From a virus: DNA of 35,128 nt. The notes under the pieces were generated by a model. The model was given only the letters and a program-made list of their open reading frames with translations. It ran no database searches and was not told the origin of the DNA. The translations under genes were made by a program, and so were the position numbers. Numbering within the stretch: position 1 is the stretch's first letter; every line of letters begins with the position of its first letter. The stretch is taken from the UHGV virus genome UHGV-0204469, one strand, 5' to 3'. Positions 25,688 through 35,128 of this stretch are shown in pieces.

Positions 25688-26365
25688 ATGGGATTTGATA
25701 ATAACTATACCTATAAATTTGAAATCGGAGATGATGAAGAAAATCTCTTGCCTATTGCTGGTGGTATTACCAGTCATGATACGGATTTCTCAGAAGATGA
25801 GGAAGAAGAAGCTTACTATGATTTAAATGGTGGTAAAGAAAAATACTATACCGGAATCACTGCAGCTTACAGCTATTCTGGGCATCGTAAATTTGCGGAT
25901 AAAGCCCAAGAATACATCCGTGATAAAGTGTTTAAACTCACAGGACGCGACTGTTTCTTTAAAGTAACTGAACCTGATGGTCGTATTATTTCAGGAGAAG
26001 CTACAATTGGTGGAATTAAAATTTCTGGTGGGGATGCAAATGCTCGTTCTGATTTTGAATGTACGATTACATTTAAGGGCCTACCAAAAGATGAAAAACC
26101 AAACGAAGTTGAAGTGACAGGCGTTACGCTTAACAAAACAACTTTATCACTCGCAGTTGGAGCGAATGAGACTTTAGCGGCAACTGTTGCTCCAGCAGAT
26201 GCTACTGACAAAACAGTAACTTATGCTTCTGATGATCCAACAATCGCTACAGTAACTCCAGTTCAAGGTAAAGTTGCTGGGGTTAAAGCTGGAACTGCAA
26301 ATATCACTGCTACTACAGCAAATGGTAAAACTGCAACTTGTGCTGTTACTGTGACGTCAGCTTAA
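25688..26365 (+). CDS. Major tail tube protein with in-frame C-terminal Ig-like domain
   Basis: YYD..GG, SGHR..D.AQ.YI motifs; [26 protein letters not shown] Big_2. Confidence 0.88.
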   Translation: MGFDNNYTYKFEIGDDEENLLPIAGGITSHDTDFSEDEEEEAYYDLNGGKEKYYTGITAAYSYSGHRKFADKAQEYIRDKVFKLTGRDCFFKVTEPDGRIISGEATIGGIKISGGDANARSDFECTITFKGLPKDEKPNEVEVTGVTLNKTTLSLAVGANETLAATVAPADATDKTVTYASDDPTIATVTPVQGKVAGVKAGTANITATTANGKTATCAVTVTSA

Positions 26366-26380
26366 TTAAAATACTAAACA

Positions 26381-26416
26381 AAAGGCTAGGAGGAAAACTT
26401 CTAGCCTTTATTTTTT
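26381..26416 (+). terminator. Terminator after tail tube gene
   Basis: AAAGGCTAG/CTAGCCTTT + ATTTTTT. Confidence 0.7.
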
Positions 26417-26427
26417 AAGGAGAGAAA

Positions 26428-26799
26428 ATGAAACCGATTCAATTACAAAAAACAACAATTGATATTCCATTTGTAGATGTGGATGGAAAAACACAACTCG
26501 TTATAGAATTTGACCGTTCTGACGACAATATTAAACGTCTTTATGATTCTTTTGAAGACCTTGAGCAAGCCAAAAATGATTTGTCTATAACTGAAAATGA
26601 AGATATTTTTGAAGATACTCGAGCTTTCGTTAAGAAAACAATGGATCCTATTTTCGGTGAAGGCACATTTGATAAAGTTTATGCACTTTCTCCAAGTGTT
26701 TTGATCGTCGTTGTTTATTTCTACCAAATGGCAATGGCACTTAAAGAGGAACTTGAAATGGATGATTTCAAAAACTTTGAAGATAAGTATTTGAGCTAG
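26428..26799 (+). CDS. Tail assembly chaperone
   Basis: D.IFGEG.FDK.Y motif; position. Confidence 0.75.
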   Translation: MKPIQLQKTTIDIPFVDVDGKTQLVIEFDRSDDNIKRLYDSFEDLEQAKNDLSITENEDIFEDTRAFVKKTMDPIFGEGTFDKVYALSPSVLIVVVYFYQMAMALKEELEMDDFKNFEDKYLS

Positions 26800-26807
26800 G
26801 AGGTCTT

Positions 26808-27398
26808 ATGTTTTCTCTTTACCAAAAAGCAAATGACGAGGTTGAGGTTTCAAGTATTAAGTACCCACTCAATGCTTCATTTGATGTCATGTTGAAATTG
26901 ATTGACTTGTTGAAAGAGAAGCGTTTATCAGATATTAATAAACTGAAACTTAGCATCATGCTTGTGTTCGGACGAGAGTCTCAGCTGCTAAACATGTCAA
27001 TCGAAGACCAAGCCGAAGCGATTAGACAAGTATTTGATGGTTATCTTAAAAGCAGTAAAAATGACAAGCCAGTTAAACGTGACTTGCAAGGTAACGTTAT
27101 GCCAGAACTTGATGAAGAAGAAAAGAAAGTGCTGTATTCAATCAATCATGATGCTGAATATATTTATGCTTCTTTTATGCAAGCTTATGGACTTGACTTA
27201 CTTGAGCAACAAGGCAAACTTCACTGGTTTAAATTTAAGGCATTGCTTTCTGGATTGCCGGAAGATACAAAGTTTGAACAGGTTATGTCTATACGTTCAT
27301 GGAAAAAGCCCTCAAATTCAAAAAATGCGCATGAAACCCAAATGAAAAAGCTTCAAGAAATATACGCATTACCAGATACCGAAAGTGAGGTTACTTAA
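26808..27398 (+). CDS. Gp15-like tail assembly chaperone
   Basis: [15 protein letters not shown]....GKLHW.KFKALL.GLP.DT motif. Confidence 0.88.
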   Translation: MFSLYQKANDEVEVSSIKYPLNASFDVMLKLIDLLKEKRLSDINKLKLSIMLVFGRESQLLNMSIEDQAEAIRQVFDGYLKSSKNDKPVKRDLQGNVMPELDEEEKKVLYSINHDAEYIYASFMQAYGLDLLEQQGKLHWFKFKALLSGLPEDTKFEQVMSIRSWKKPSNSKNAHETQMKKLQEIYALPDTESEVT

Positions 27399-30367
27399 TG
27401 GCAGCTGATGGAACGATAAAAATTGATATTCTCTTAGATGACGGATCAGTCAAAAAGGGTATTGCTAATCTAAATGGATTAGAAAATGCCAGTGGTGAAG
27501 CTGGCAATGGTATAAAGTCTTTGTCAGGAGCTATGGGACTGATTAAAGCGGCAGCAATTGCAGCTGCTGGTTCAGCTATGGTCGCTGGTGTCGTAAAATT
27601 TGGTAAAGCTGCAGTTGGTGCTTATGCCGACTACGAACAGTTAGTAGGTGGTGTTGAGACACTTTTCGGGGCTGGTGGTCAATCAGTAGAACAGTATGCA
27701 AAATCGGTGGGCAAGTCCGTAGATGATGCCCGAGGTGACTATAATAACCTCATGCAAGCTCAAGACCTTGTGATGAAAAATGCTGATAATGCCTATAAAA
27801 CGGCTGGTATGTCAGCCAATCAATACATGGAAGTTGCAACCTCTTCGGCAGCAGCAATGGTTACTTCTGTAGGTGGTGACACAGTAAAAGCTGCAAAACT
27901 GACTGACCAAGCTGTAACCGATATGGCAGATAATGCCAACAAAATGGGTTCAAATATTACTGATATTCAAAATGCTTACGGTGGATTTGCCAAAGGTAAC
28001 TTCACGATGCTGGACAACTTGAAAATTGGGTACGGTGGGACGCAAGAAGAAATGAAGCGTCTTTTATCTGATGCTGAAAAGTTACCTGGTGCAATGGGTA
28101 AGAAGTTTGATATCAGTAACTATGCTGATGTTACCGAAGCAATCCACTTAGTCCAAACGGAAATGGGTATCACAGGTACAACAGCAAAAGAAGCTGCTCA
28201 AACAATTAGTGGGTCAATTGATAGTACAAAAGCCGCACTTTCTAACTTACTAGCCGGTCTTGGAAAATCTGATGTAGATTTAAAAGGATTGACTAAAAAT
28301 GTTATCGATTCATTTAAAAATGTTGTAAGAAATATCATTCCAATTGTGGTAAATATAGCCAAAGCTATTCCAGTTGTCTTTTTGGAGGTTGCAAGAGAAG
28401 TTGGAAGTGCTCTACTTGGAATGCTTCCGGATAGTATTCAGAAAAGAATTGAAGCTATAGTTTCTAGCTTTAAAAGTTTTTTAGCACCTGTCGGAGAAAT
28501 TGTTGGTGGAATAAAGCAAGTTTATACAGCATTTAAAACTTTATTATCTCTAAATATGTCACCTATGGAGGCAGCCAAAGCTATTTTTGAAGCCATGGTA
28601 TCTCCTTTTAATGCTTATCCTAAAGCATTTGGAAACGCGGCAAGAGCAATAAAAAGTTTTATGGACTCTAACAAAGGGGCTTCTAAAGCTGTCGATGGAA
28701 TGATACAAGGAGTTGGAAATCTTGTCAATTTCTTTAAAAATATTTTTTCACCAGTGCAAAAAGCTGGACAAAGTATTGATGTTTTTAAAGTAGCCATGTT
28801 TGCAGCGAAAACTATTTTACTGACAGCGTTGGGACCAATTGGTCTTGTCATCAAAATTTTTGAGTTACTTGCAAAAGTTGTGGGTGGTGGAGATGTCCAA
28901 AAAGGCTTATCTTCTATCGGTGGCGGAATTCAAGGGCTAGTTGATGGAATTGCAAAATATGGACCTATGATTGGCGCTAATTTCGGTAAAGCAATAAGTG
29001 GTATTGCTGGAGCAATTGCCAGTGCCTTGCCTGGGATAATCTCAGGGGGCTTACAAATTATAAGTGGTTTCATTTTAGGTATTGCTCAAGGATTGCCAGG
29101 GATTACAGCGGCTATTATTCAGCTTATTGGAAGTATTACACTTACGATTGTCACACTTATTCCTACAATCACGGCTTCTGCAATTCTAATTGTGACTACT
29201 CTAGCAACTTCTATGATTACGTATATTCCGGTTGTAATAGGGGCAATCACAAGCATTATTGTAGCTATCCTTGGTTCACTAGCTCAGGCTTTGCCTCAAA
29301 TTATTCTAGCTGGAACAAATCTTATTGTTTCATTCATTGCTGGGATAACTGCTGCTTTACCGTCCTTAATTACCAGTACGGCCAATTTGATAGTGACTTG
29401 GTTAAATGAATTGAATAAACATTTACCGGAGATACTGCAAGCTGGTTTCAATGTTTTGATAACCTTCCTTGAAGGAATTGCTAATAATATTGGTCAAATT
29501 ACTGATATGGCTATTACAATCATTGTAAATTTTGCAAATGCTATTGCTAGTAGAATGCCTGATATTGTTCAAGCTGCAGCAAATTTAATTGTCAGCTTTG
29601 TGAATGGTATTGCCAACAATATCGGTTCTATTATTAATTCTGCTGTGAATTTGATTGTTAAATTCTTAGAAGGAATAGCAAGAAAAATTCCTGATATTGT
29701 AAATGCTGCCATGGATTTAGTTGATGCATTAGTCAAAGGAGTTGTTCAAGCTCAAGGGCGATTAATGGACGCTGCGATTAACCTAATAAAGGGAATGGCT
29801 AGTAATATTAAGGAACGTCAACAAGACATGCGAGATGCAGCCGGAGAGTTGCTAGAAGCAATCATTGGTATATTTGTTCCTGATTCATTGGTAAATGCTG
29901 GTGAAGCTATTATTGATGGGTTTATCGGAGGTTTAAAAAGCGCTTGGGAAAATGGTAAGAAGTTTGTCAGTGGGATAGCTGACTGGATTCAAGACCATAA
30001 AGGACCAATTAGTTATGACCGTAGGCTTTTGATTCCAGCTGGTAAAGCGATTATGGGAGGTTTGAACGATAGTTTAAGTAATAGTTTTGAAAGAGTCAAA
30101 AGTAACATTTCAAGTATGGCTGGTCGCATATCAGATAATTTTGATTTAGGATTGCCACAAGTAAGTGCGGAATATGCACTTGCAACTGATAGTGGTTATG
30201 GCAACACTCAACAAGTTATCAATAACGCTTTGAACACTCAAAACCAAAAAACAGAAATCAACGTTAACATCGAAAAAGCAGAGCTTTCAAGCGATGAAGA
30301 TATTGAAGAAACAGGCAACAAATTAGCCAAAAATATTGAAAGAAAAACAAGGGGGAGGTTAGGATAA
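27398..30367 (+). CDS. Tape measure protein
   Basis: MAADG.I.I start, [24 protein letters not shown], hydrophobic periodic repeats, [10 protein letters not shown]. Confidence 0.95.
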   Translation: MAADGTIKIDILLDDGSVKKGIANLNGLENASGEAGNGIKSLSGAMGLIKAAAIAAAGSAMVAGVVKFGKAAVGAYADYEQLVGGVETLFGAGGQSVEQYAKSVGKSVDDARGDYNNLMQAQDLVMKNADNAYKTAGMSANQYMEVATSSAAAMVTSVGGDTVKAAKLTDQAVTDMADNANKMGSNITDIQNAYGGFAKGNFTMLDNLKIGYGGTQEEMKRLLSDAEKLPGAMGKKFDISNYADVTEAIHLVQTEMGITGTTAKEAAQTISGSIDSTKAALSNLLAGLGKSDVDLKGLTKNVIDSFKNVVRNIIPIVVNIAKAIPVVFLEVAREVGSALLGMLPDSIQKRIEAIVSSFKSFLAPVGEIVGGIKQVYTAFKTLLSLNMSPMEAAKAIFEAMVSPFNAYPKAFGNAARAIKSFMDSNKGASKAVDGMIQGVGNLVNFFKNIFSPVQKAGQSIDVFKVAMFAAKTILLTALGPIGLVIKIFELLAKVVGGGDVQKGLSSIGGGIQGLVDGIAKYGPMIGANFGKAISGIAGAIASALPGIISGGLQIISGFILGIAQGLPGITAAIIQLIGSITLTIVTLIPTITASAILIVTTLATSMITYIPVVIGAITSIIVAILGSLAQALPQIILAGTNLIVSFIAGITAALPSLITSTANLIVTWLNELNKHLPEILQAGFNVLITFLEGIANNIGQITDMAITIIVNFANAIASRMPDIVQAAANLIVSFVNGIANNIGSIINSAVNLIVKFLEGIARKIPDIVNAAMDLVDALVKGVVQAQGRLMDAAINLIKGMASNIKERQQDMRDAAGELLEAIIGIFVPDSLVNAGEAIIDGFIGGLKSAWENGKKFVSGIADWIQDHKGPISYDRRLLIPAGKAIMGGLNDSLSNSFERVKSNISSMAGRISDNFDLGLPQVSAEYALATDSGYGNTQQVINNALNTQNQKTEINVNIEKAELSSDEDIEETGNKLAKNIERKTRGRLG

Positions 30368-31128
30368 TGGATTTTACAAAATATCCGTATTTTCAGTTTA
30401 GAGGTCGAAAGTCTAATGAATTGAATATGAGGATCAAAAATGGAATAGAATTTGTTATACCTGAATCCGTTCTTGATTTTCAAAGTGTAGATGGTAGAAG
30501 CTCAGATATCATCTTTGATAAGAACAAGTTCAAAGATATTGAAAAGAGCTTCGCTGTCAGATTATTTAAACAAAAAGACTCAAACATTGCCACTCAGCTT
30601 AGAAACATAGCGGGGTGGCTTTATGTTTCAAAAGAATATTCTCCTTTAGTCTTTAGCGAATATGGGGACTATTATTATAAAGCCGTTTGTTATGCAAGCA
30701 CTACAGCTGCAGATAATAAACGTGAGTGGTTAGATATTGAGTTTACCTTTAAGTGCCAGGCTTTTATGTTTAGACTGGATGGCGAAGATGAACGAGACAT
30801 TCAAAGTGGCTCTGCTTTAACTAACCCTGAACCTTTTGAAAGTTTGCCATTGATAACTTTTAACAAAACAACATCAACTGCTGACAGCACGCTTTATATC
30901 AACAGTGAGCAGTACACGATTGCTAAAGAAGCTGGAACTGGAATTATCACAATTGATAGTGAAACAGGAATTGCTTACAAAGAGGGCGGTGTGAATGTTT
31001 CTAAATATTGCTTAATTAATGGTGCCGGCTATCATCCGATTACACTTCAACCAGGACGGAATGAAATTAGTTACAACAATATGGATCAGGTCAAAATAAA
31101 ACCACGGTGGAGGAATTTAGCGATATGA
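30367..31128 (+). CDS. dit: Distal tail protein
   Basis: F.F.G..S start, V.GR..D, P.L.PG.NEI..IKPRWR end; follows TMP. Confidence 0.85.
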   Translation: MDFTKYPYFQFRGRKSNELNMRIKNGIEFVIPESVLDFQSVDGRSSDIIFDKNKFKDIEKSFAVRLFKQKDSNIATQLRNIAGWLYVSKEYSPLVFSEYGDYYYKAVCYASTTAADNKREWLDIEFTFKCQAFMFRLDGEDERDIQSGSALTNPEPFESLPLITFNKTTSTADSTLYINSEQYTIAKEAGTGIITIDSETGIAYKEGGVNVSKYCLINGAGYHPITLQPGRNEISYNNMDQVKIKPRWRNLAI

Positions 31129-33425
31129 GTATTATGATTTTACATGATAAAACGAATAATAACTGGAATTCCCAAGGGTTAGGACCATTAAGTGAAGCCA
31201 TGAATCCACAGGTAACAAGAGAACGTAACGGAGCTTATGAGCTAAATTTCTCTTACCCAGTAAAAGGTGTTTTGTTTAAAGAACTCTTGATGGGACGTTG
31301 GATTGTTGCGGATGCGGGACCAAGTCAAACAGCTAAAACTCAACGTTTTGAAATTGCGGAAATCACGAAGCCTAAGAATGGTATTGTGACGGTTTATTGC
31401 GAACACTACCGTTATCAGTTTCTGAGGTCAATTGTTAAGATAGGCTCAAAGTTTGAAAAAGTAACAGCACAGGTAGCACTTAACCAGCTGAAAGACCGAA
31501 TGGAACCAAAGGGAGATTTTACATTTTACAGTGATATTTCTACTCAATCCACTATTGATTTTACGGACCCAGCAAAATTTAATAATGCTCAGGAGGTATT
31601 AGGTGGGGTTCAAGGGTCAATGCTTGATAACTTTGGCGGGGAGTATTTGTTTAATAATAATCAAGTTCGATTATTGGCTAAAGCTGGAATTGAGCGAAAT
31701 GTCATCATCGCTTATGGTAAAAACTTGACTGATATTTCTCAAGAAGAAAGCATTGAAAATACCTATACCTCTGTTTATGGATGGGCGAAGACGGACGGAG
31801 AAGACGGTCAAATTATCACCTTGCCTGAGACTTTTCTTGATAGCGATTATGTTGATAATTACACCCAACGAAGAATTCAAATGGTAGATTTCAGCCAGGA
31901 TAAACCAGCCAATGTGAGTGATTTAAGAAACCTAGTCACAAAGTATATCAAGAACAATAAAGTTGGAATTCCAAAAGTAAATATCAAGACAAGCTATGTA
32001 GACTTAGCAAGTTCAGTCATGGACGCACAACTCACAAACTTGGAAGAAATAGACTTATGTGACTGGGTAACTGTTCTATTTAATGAGTTAGAGATTAACA
32101 CAAGCGCTCAAATTATTAAAACTGTTTGGAACGTTGCTCTGGATAAATTTGATAGCTTAGAACTTGGCGAAGCATCGACTAACATGTCAAAAGTTATTGA
32201 AGATAGTCAGCCTGATTTGAGTAATATTACTGACAAAATAAGTTGGTTAGATGATGCTCAAAAAGAAGCATCAGATATCCTGAATAACCCAGGTAAAGGA
32301 AATGTTGTCATTTACCCCAGTCTTGCGGACCCACAAGAAATTCTTATCATGGATACTAAAGATGTCAACACAGCTAAGAATGTTTGGAAATGGAATGCTG
32401 GTGGGCTTGGTTTTAGTTCCACAGGTTATAAAGGAACTTATGGTTTAGCCATGACAAATAATGGTGCGATTGTTGCTGACAGAATGACCACAGGGACACT
32501 AAGAGCTATCAATATCGTTGGGGTTACAATAACCGGCTCAACTATCACTTCCGAAAGCGGAGCTTATAAGATAGTTCTAAATAGTGGGCAAATTCACAAC
32601 TATGTCAATAATGTCCTTCGTTCCTCTCTTGACCCGTATAGTTTTAATGTCAATGATGCAAACGGAGTTGAGATAATGAAATTAGATTCTTCTGGCGTTC
32701 GTATGAATAAAAGTGGCTCAACTACACAGATGGGGTATTTAGGACGGGGACATGATGCCGGTTCTGGGAAAGAAGAGATTGTGATAAATGTCGAAGCCGG
32801 CAATATAGGGTCATATTCAGTTAAGACTTCATCTTCTGATACAGACTATAGTCGTCGTTTTGCTGTATCTTCTCAAGGGGCTCATATAGCAGAACTATTT
32901 ATGGGAGGTTCCTATGTGGGGGGAAGTGGCATTATTAATAATGCCTACCTCAAAAATACAGGGGTATCGAGTGCTTTCACTGTCTATAACAATGTTCCTC
33001 TGGATTTCTATTCTAATTTGAATATGCATGGATTTTCAATAACCAATCAGTCAGACATGAGACTAAAGGAAAACATTGAGCTGACATCGATTGATGGCAT
33101 CAAGGAAACAAAAAAACTCAAATTTTATGAGTTCAATAGAAAACAAAATTATCAATTTAGAGATAAGAAACTTCAACCATCAAAAAAAAGAGAGCTTGGG
33201 CTGTTGGCACAAGAAGCCCCATTTTTGCTTACAGAGAATGATGATAGAGCAGGAAATGACCATTACTTATCGCTTGATACAAGTAAGCAAATCATGTTGA
33301 ATAGTTTGACAAATAAGCAATTGATTGAAAAAGTTGAGCATTTGGAAAATCGTTTAATAATTAAACAAAAGGGGAGCCGAAAAGCTCACAGTAGAAAGGG
33401 GAAAAAATGTCGTACAAAACACTAA
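31125..33425 (+). CDS. tal: Tail-associated (Tal)/tail spike with C-terminal S74-like chaperone domain
   Basis: GLG.L, ERNG.YEL..YP, GS.LD.FGGEY, YGKNL; SDMRLKENI motif followed by coiled coil. Confidence 0.85.
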   Translation: MSIMILHDKTNNNWNSQGLGPLSEAMNPQVTRERNGAYELNFSYPVKGVLFKELLMGRWIVADAGPSQTAKTQRFEIAEITKPKNGIVTVYCEHYRYQFLRSIVKIGSKFEKVTAQVALNQLKDRMEPKGDFTFYSDISTQSTIDFTDPAKFNNAQEVLGGVQGSMLDNFGGEYLFNNNQVRLLAKAGIERNVIIAYGKNLTDISQEESIENTYTSVYGWAKTDGEDGQIITLPETFLDSDYVDNYTQRRIQMVDFSQDKPANVSDLRNLVTKYIKNNKVGIPKVNIKTSYVDLASSVMDAQLTNLEEIDLCDWVTVLFNELEINTSAQIIKTVWNVALDKFDSLELGEASTNMSKVIEDSQPDLSNITDKISWLDDAQKEASDILNNPGKGNVVIYPSLADPQEILIMDTKDVNTAKNVWKWNAGGLGFSSTGYKGTYGLAMTNNGAIVADRMTTGTLRAINIVGVTITGSTITSESGAYKIVLNSGQIHNYVNNVLRSSLDPYSFNVNDANGVEIMKLDSSGVRMNKSGSTTQMGYLGRGHDAGSGKEEIVINVEAGNIGSYSVKTSSSDTDYSRRFAVSSQGAHIAELFMGGSYVGGSGIINNAYLKNTGVSSAFTVYNNVPLDFYSNLNMHGFSITNQSDMRLKENIELTSIDGIKETKKLKFYEFNRKQNYQFRDKKLQPSKKRELGLLAQEAPFLLTENDDRAGNDHYLSLDTSKQIMLNSLTNKQLIEKVEHLENRLIIKQKGSRKAHSRKGKKCRTKH

Positions 33426-34864
33426 ATTTAGATTTAGCAAAAACACCAATTCTTAAGTCTATTGTCTATGGTCGGATTGGCGATGAAGATATGCAGACAG
33501 TGGCTGTCAATATCACAAGCCGTGATACTCCAGTTGATTTAACTGGCTTTACAATTACATTTGAAGGAATCACAAGCGGAGGGCAAACCAAAGTATTTGA
33601 TGTGGATGGCATCTCAAAAACGGATGCTGGGTTAAAATCTGGAACATTTGATTATACCTTTCCAAACATGGCTTTTGCGGTAGCTGGTAATTATGAAATT
33701 GCTTATTTCTCAATTGTAAAAGGTGATAAAAGAGATACAACTGGAGAATTTGACATTATCGTTGATGGTAATGCCGATATTGATGCTCCATTGGCTGAAA
33801 CGATTATCACGGAGTATAACAAGTTAGTCAAAGAACTTCATCAAATCACTGACAAGTATATCTCTGATTCTGATGCAAAATTTGCGGATTTGAATAAAAA
33901 GATTGCGGACCTACAAACCAAGATTACTCAATATCAGAACATGGTAAAAAATACTGCAGATACTGCGGTTTCCACTATCAATACTACAAAAGATAGTGCC
34001 GTTTCAACAATTAACAGCACAAAAGATAGTGCGGTTAACATGGTTAACACAGCCGCTTCAAGTGCTGTTAAGACAATTAATGATGCACTTGAGGAATTTA
34101 AAAAAGGAGACTTTTATACCAAGGCAGAGGCAGATGCAAAGTTTGCGACCATTCAATCACTGACAGATTTATCAACTAAAGTTATTGCAAATAAAGGGAA
34201 CTTAGCAAGTGGAACTGATTTGGATAATGTAATTGATATTGGTACTTACCGAATTGGAGGACTTACTGGAGGAACAGATATCATTAATGTACCTTCTGAA
34301 CGTTCTGGTACAACTATATATGCCTATGTAACAGTCAGCGGAACAACGACTTCAGTAGTTCAAGAACTGATAGTATATGATTCAAAAACTGTGTCACAAA
34401 TTTACAGTCGTTCTCGTTCTGGCAGCACTCCTACCTTCAGCCCTTGGTCAAAAACTGTAATGGCTGATGATTCTGGGAAAGCTACTATTAAGGATTTAGT
34501 GGTTACAGGAACTATTCAGCAAACACTTTCAGTTAATCAAAGCATTGCCGTCGGTTGGGGTAGGACTTTAAACTTCACTAGAATTGGCAATGTCGTTACA
34601 GTTACGGGCGAAGGAACATTTGCCACAACTATGCTGCAAGGGGCATGGCAGTCTGCTGGCGAAACATTGCCAGTCGGTTTCAGACCACTTTCTAGGCAAA
34701 CAACTAGAGCCAGTACAATCACAAATGTAAATAAATTTATGTGGACTCGATTTAACACTGACGGAAGTATTCAGCACTGGCAAAATGGTTCTATCGTAGT
34801 CACCGATACCATGATAATGAATGGCACAAGTTGGGTAACAGCTGACCCATTCCCAACAGCATAA
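33407..34864 (+). CDS. BppU-like upper baseplate protein fused to receptor-binding-like domains
   Basis: N-terminal GR.GD..Q, DLTG..ITFEG BppU-like domain; coiled coil; DLD....G.Y; R.GNVVT..ETLPVGFRP head. Confidence 0.8.
   Translation: MSYKTLNLDLAKTPILKSIVYGRIGDEDMQTVAVNITSRDTPVDLTGFTITFEGITSGGQTKVFDVDGISKTDAGLKSGTFDYTFPNMAFAVAGNYEIAYFSIVKGDKRDTTGEFDIIVDGNADIDAPLAETIITEYNKLVKELHQITDKYISDSDAKFADLNKKIADLQTKITQYQNMVKNTADTAVSTINTTKDSAVSTINSTKDSAVNMVNTAASSAVKTINDALEEFKKGDFYTKAEADAKFATIQSLTDLSTKVIANKGNLASGTDLDNVIDIGTYRIGGLTGGTDIINVPSERSGTTIYAYVTVSGTTTSVVQELIVYDSKTVSQIYSRSRSGSTPTFSPWSKTVMADDSGKATIKDLVVTGTIQQTLSVNQSIAVGWGRTLNFTRIGNVVTVTGEGTFATTMLQGAWQSAGETLPVGFRPLSRQTTRASTITNVNKFMWTRFNTDGSIQHWQNGSIVVTDTMIMNGTSWVTADPFPTA
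33950..34081 (+). repeat. Four imperfect 33-bp (11-aa) tandem repeats
   Basis: NTADTAVSTI-NTTKDSAVSTI-NSTKDSAVNMV-NTAASSAVKTI. Confidence 0.75.
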
Positions 34865-34888
34865 AAACAAATTTAGAAAGCAAGGTTT

Positions 34889-35116
34889 ATGGACGAAAAA
34901 GTATTACGAGAAATGCTAGAACGCTTAACTCGTATTGAGACAAAAATAGATAATTACGAATCTATTCGAGATAAGGCAGAAACAGCACTTCTTATGGCAC
35001 AATCTAATGCAAAGTTAATTGAAAAAATGGAAGCCAATAATAAGTGGGCTTGGGGCTTTATGCTCACTCTCGCAGTAACTGTTATTGGCTACATATTAAC
35101 TAAATTTGGTTTATAA
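34889..35116 (+). CDS. XhlA-like membrane protein (lysis accessory)
   Basis: ERL.RIETK coiled coil, N.KW.W plus C-terminal TM helix; precedes holin on the circle. Confidence 0.8.
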   Translation: MDEKVLREMLERLTRIETKIDNYESIRDKAETALLMAQSNAKLIEKMEANNKWAWGFMLTLAVTVIGYILTKFGL

Positions 35117-35128
35117 AGGAGAAAAAAC

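Noticed and set aside
26770..26830. Tail chaperone G/GT frameshift
   Set aside because: Second gene has its own RBS (AGGAGG) and ATG, and there is no clear slippery site
5519..34870. Numerous 60-120 aa alternative-frame and antisense ORFs in the track (e.g. 5928-6245, 8219-8581, 20338-20652, 25873-26211, 34568-34870)
   Set aside because: Nested in well-supported genes, no recognisable motifs; shadow ORFs
33407..35128. Diversity-generating retroelement or invertible RBP cassette
   Set aside because: No reverse transcriptase, invertase or template/variable repeat pair seen

Overview
Complete temperate siphophage genome (35,128 bp), most likely of a Lactococcus host (P335-like lysis, lysogeny and baseplate genes). 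It is given as a circular permutation opened at the holin ATG: the holin RBS lies at the very end of the window, and attP is intact between lysin and integrase. Gene order: holin-endolysin; a non-coding block with an array of short promoter-hairpin-terminator cassettes, a pseudoknot-like RNA and a tRNA(CAT); attP; tyrosine integrase; two lysogeny accessory genes; cI/cro switch; AAA ATPase-Sak4-like-DUF669-SF2 helicase-primase/helicase replication module with an iteron origin; small middle genes; late activator; A118/SPP1-like pac-type head and tail module; Dit-Tal-BppU/RBP; XhlA-like protein. The most unusual elements are the candidate sRNA cassettes (several carrying an anti-Shine-Dalgarno ACTCC motif), an HNH nuclease inserted in-frame in the small terminase, an HNH that has taken over the 5' end of a DUF1064 gene, a LGWDDEV peptide shared by two replication proteins, and a -1 frameshift that adds an Ig domain to the capsid protein. 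All family assignments come from motif recognition and synteny; no searches were run.
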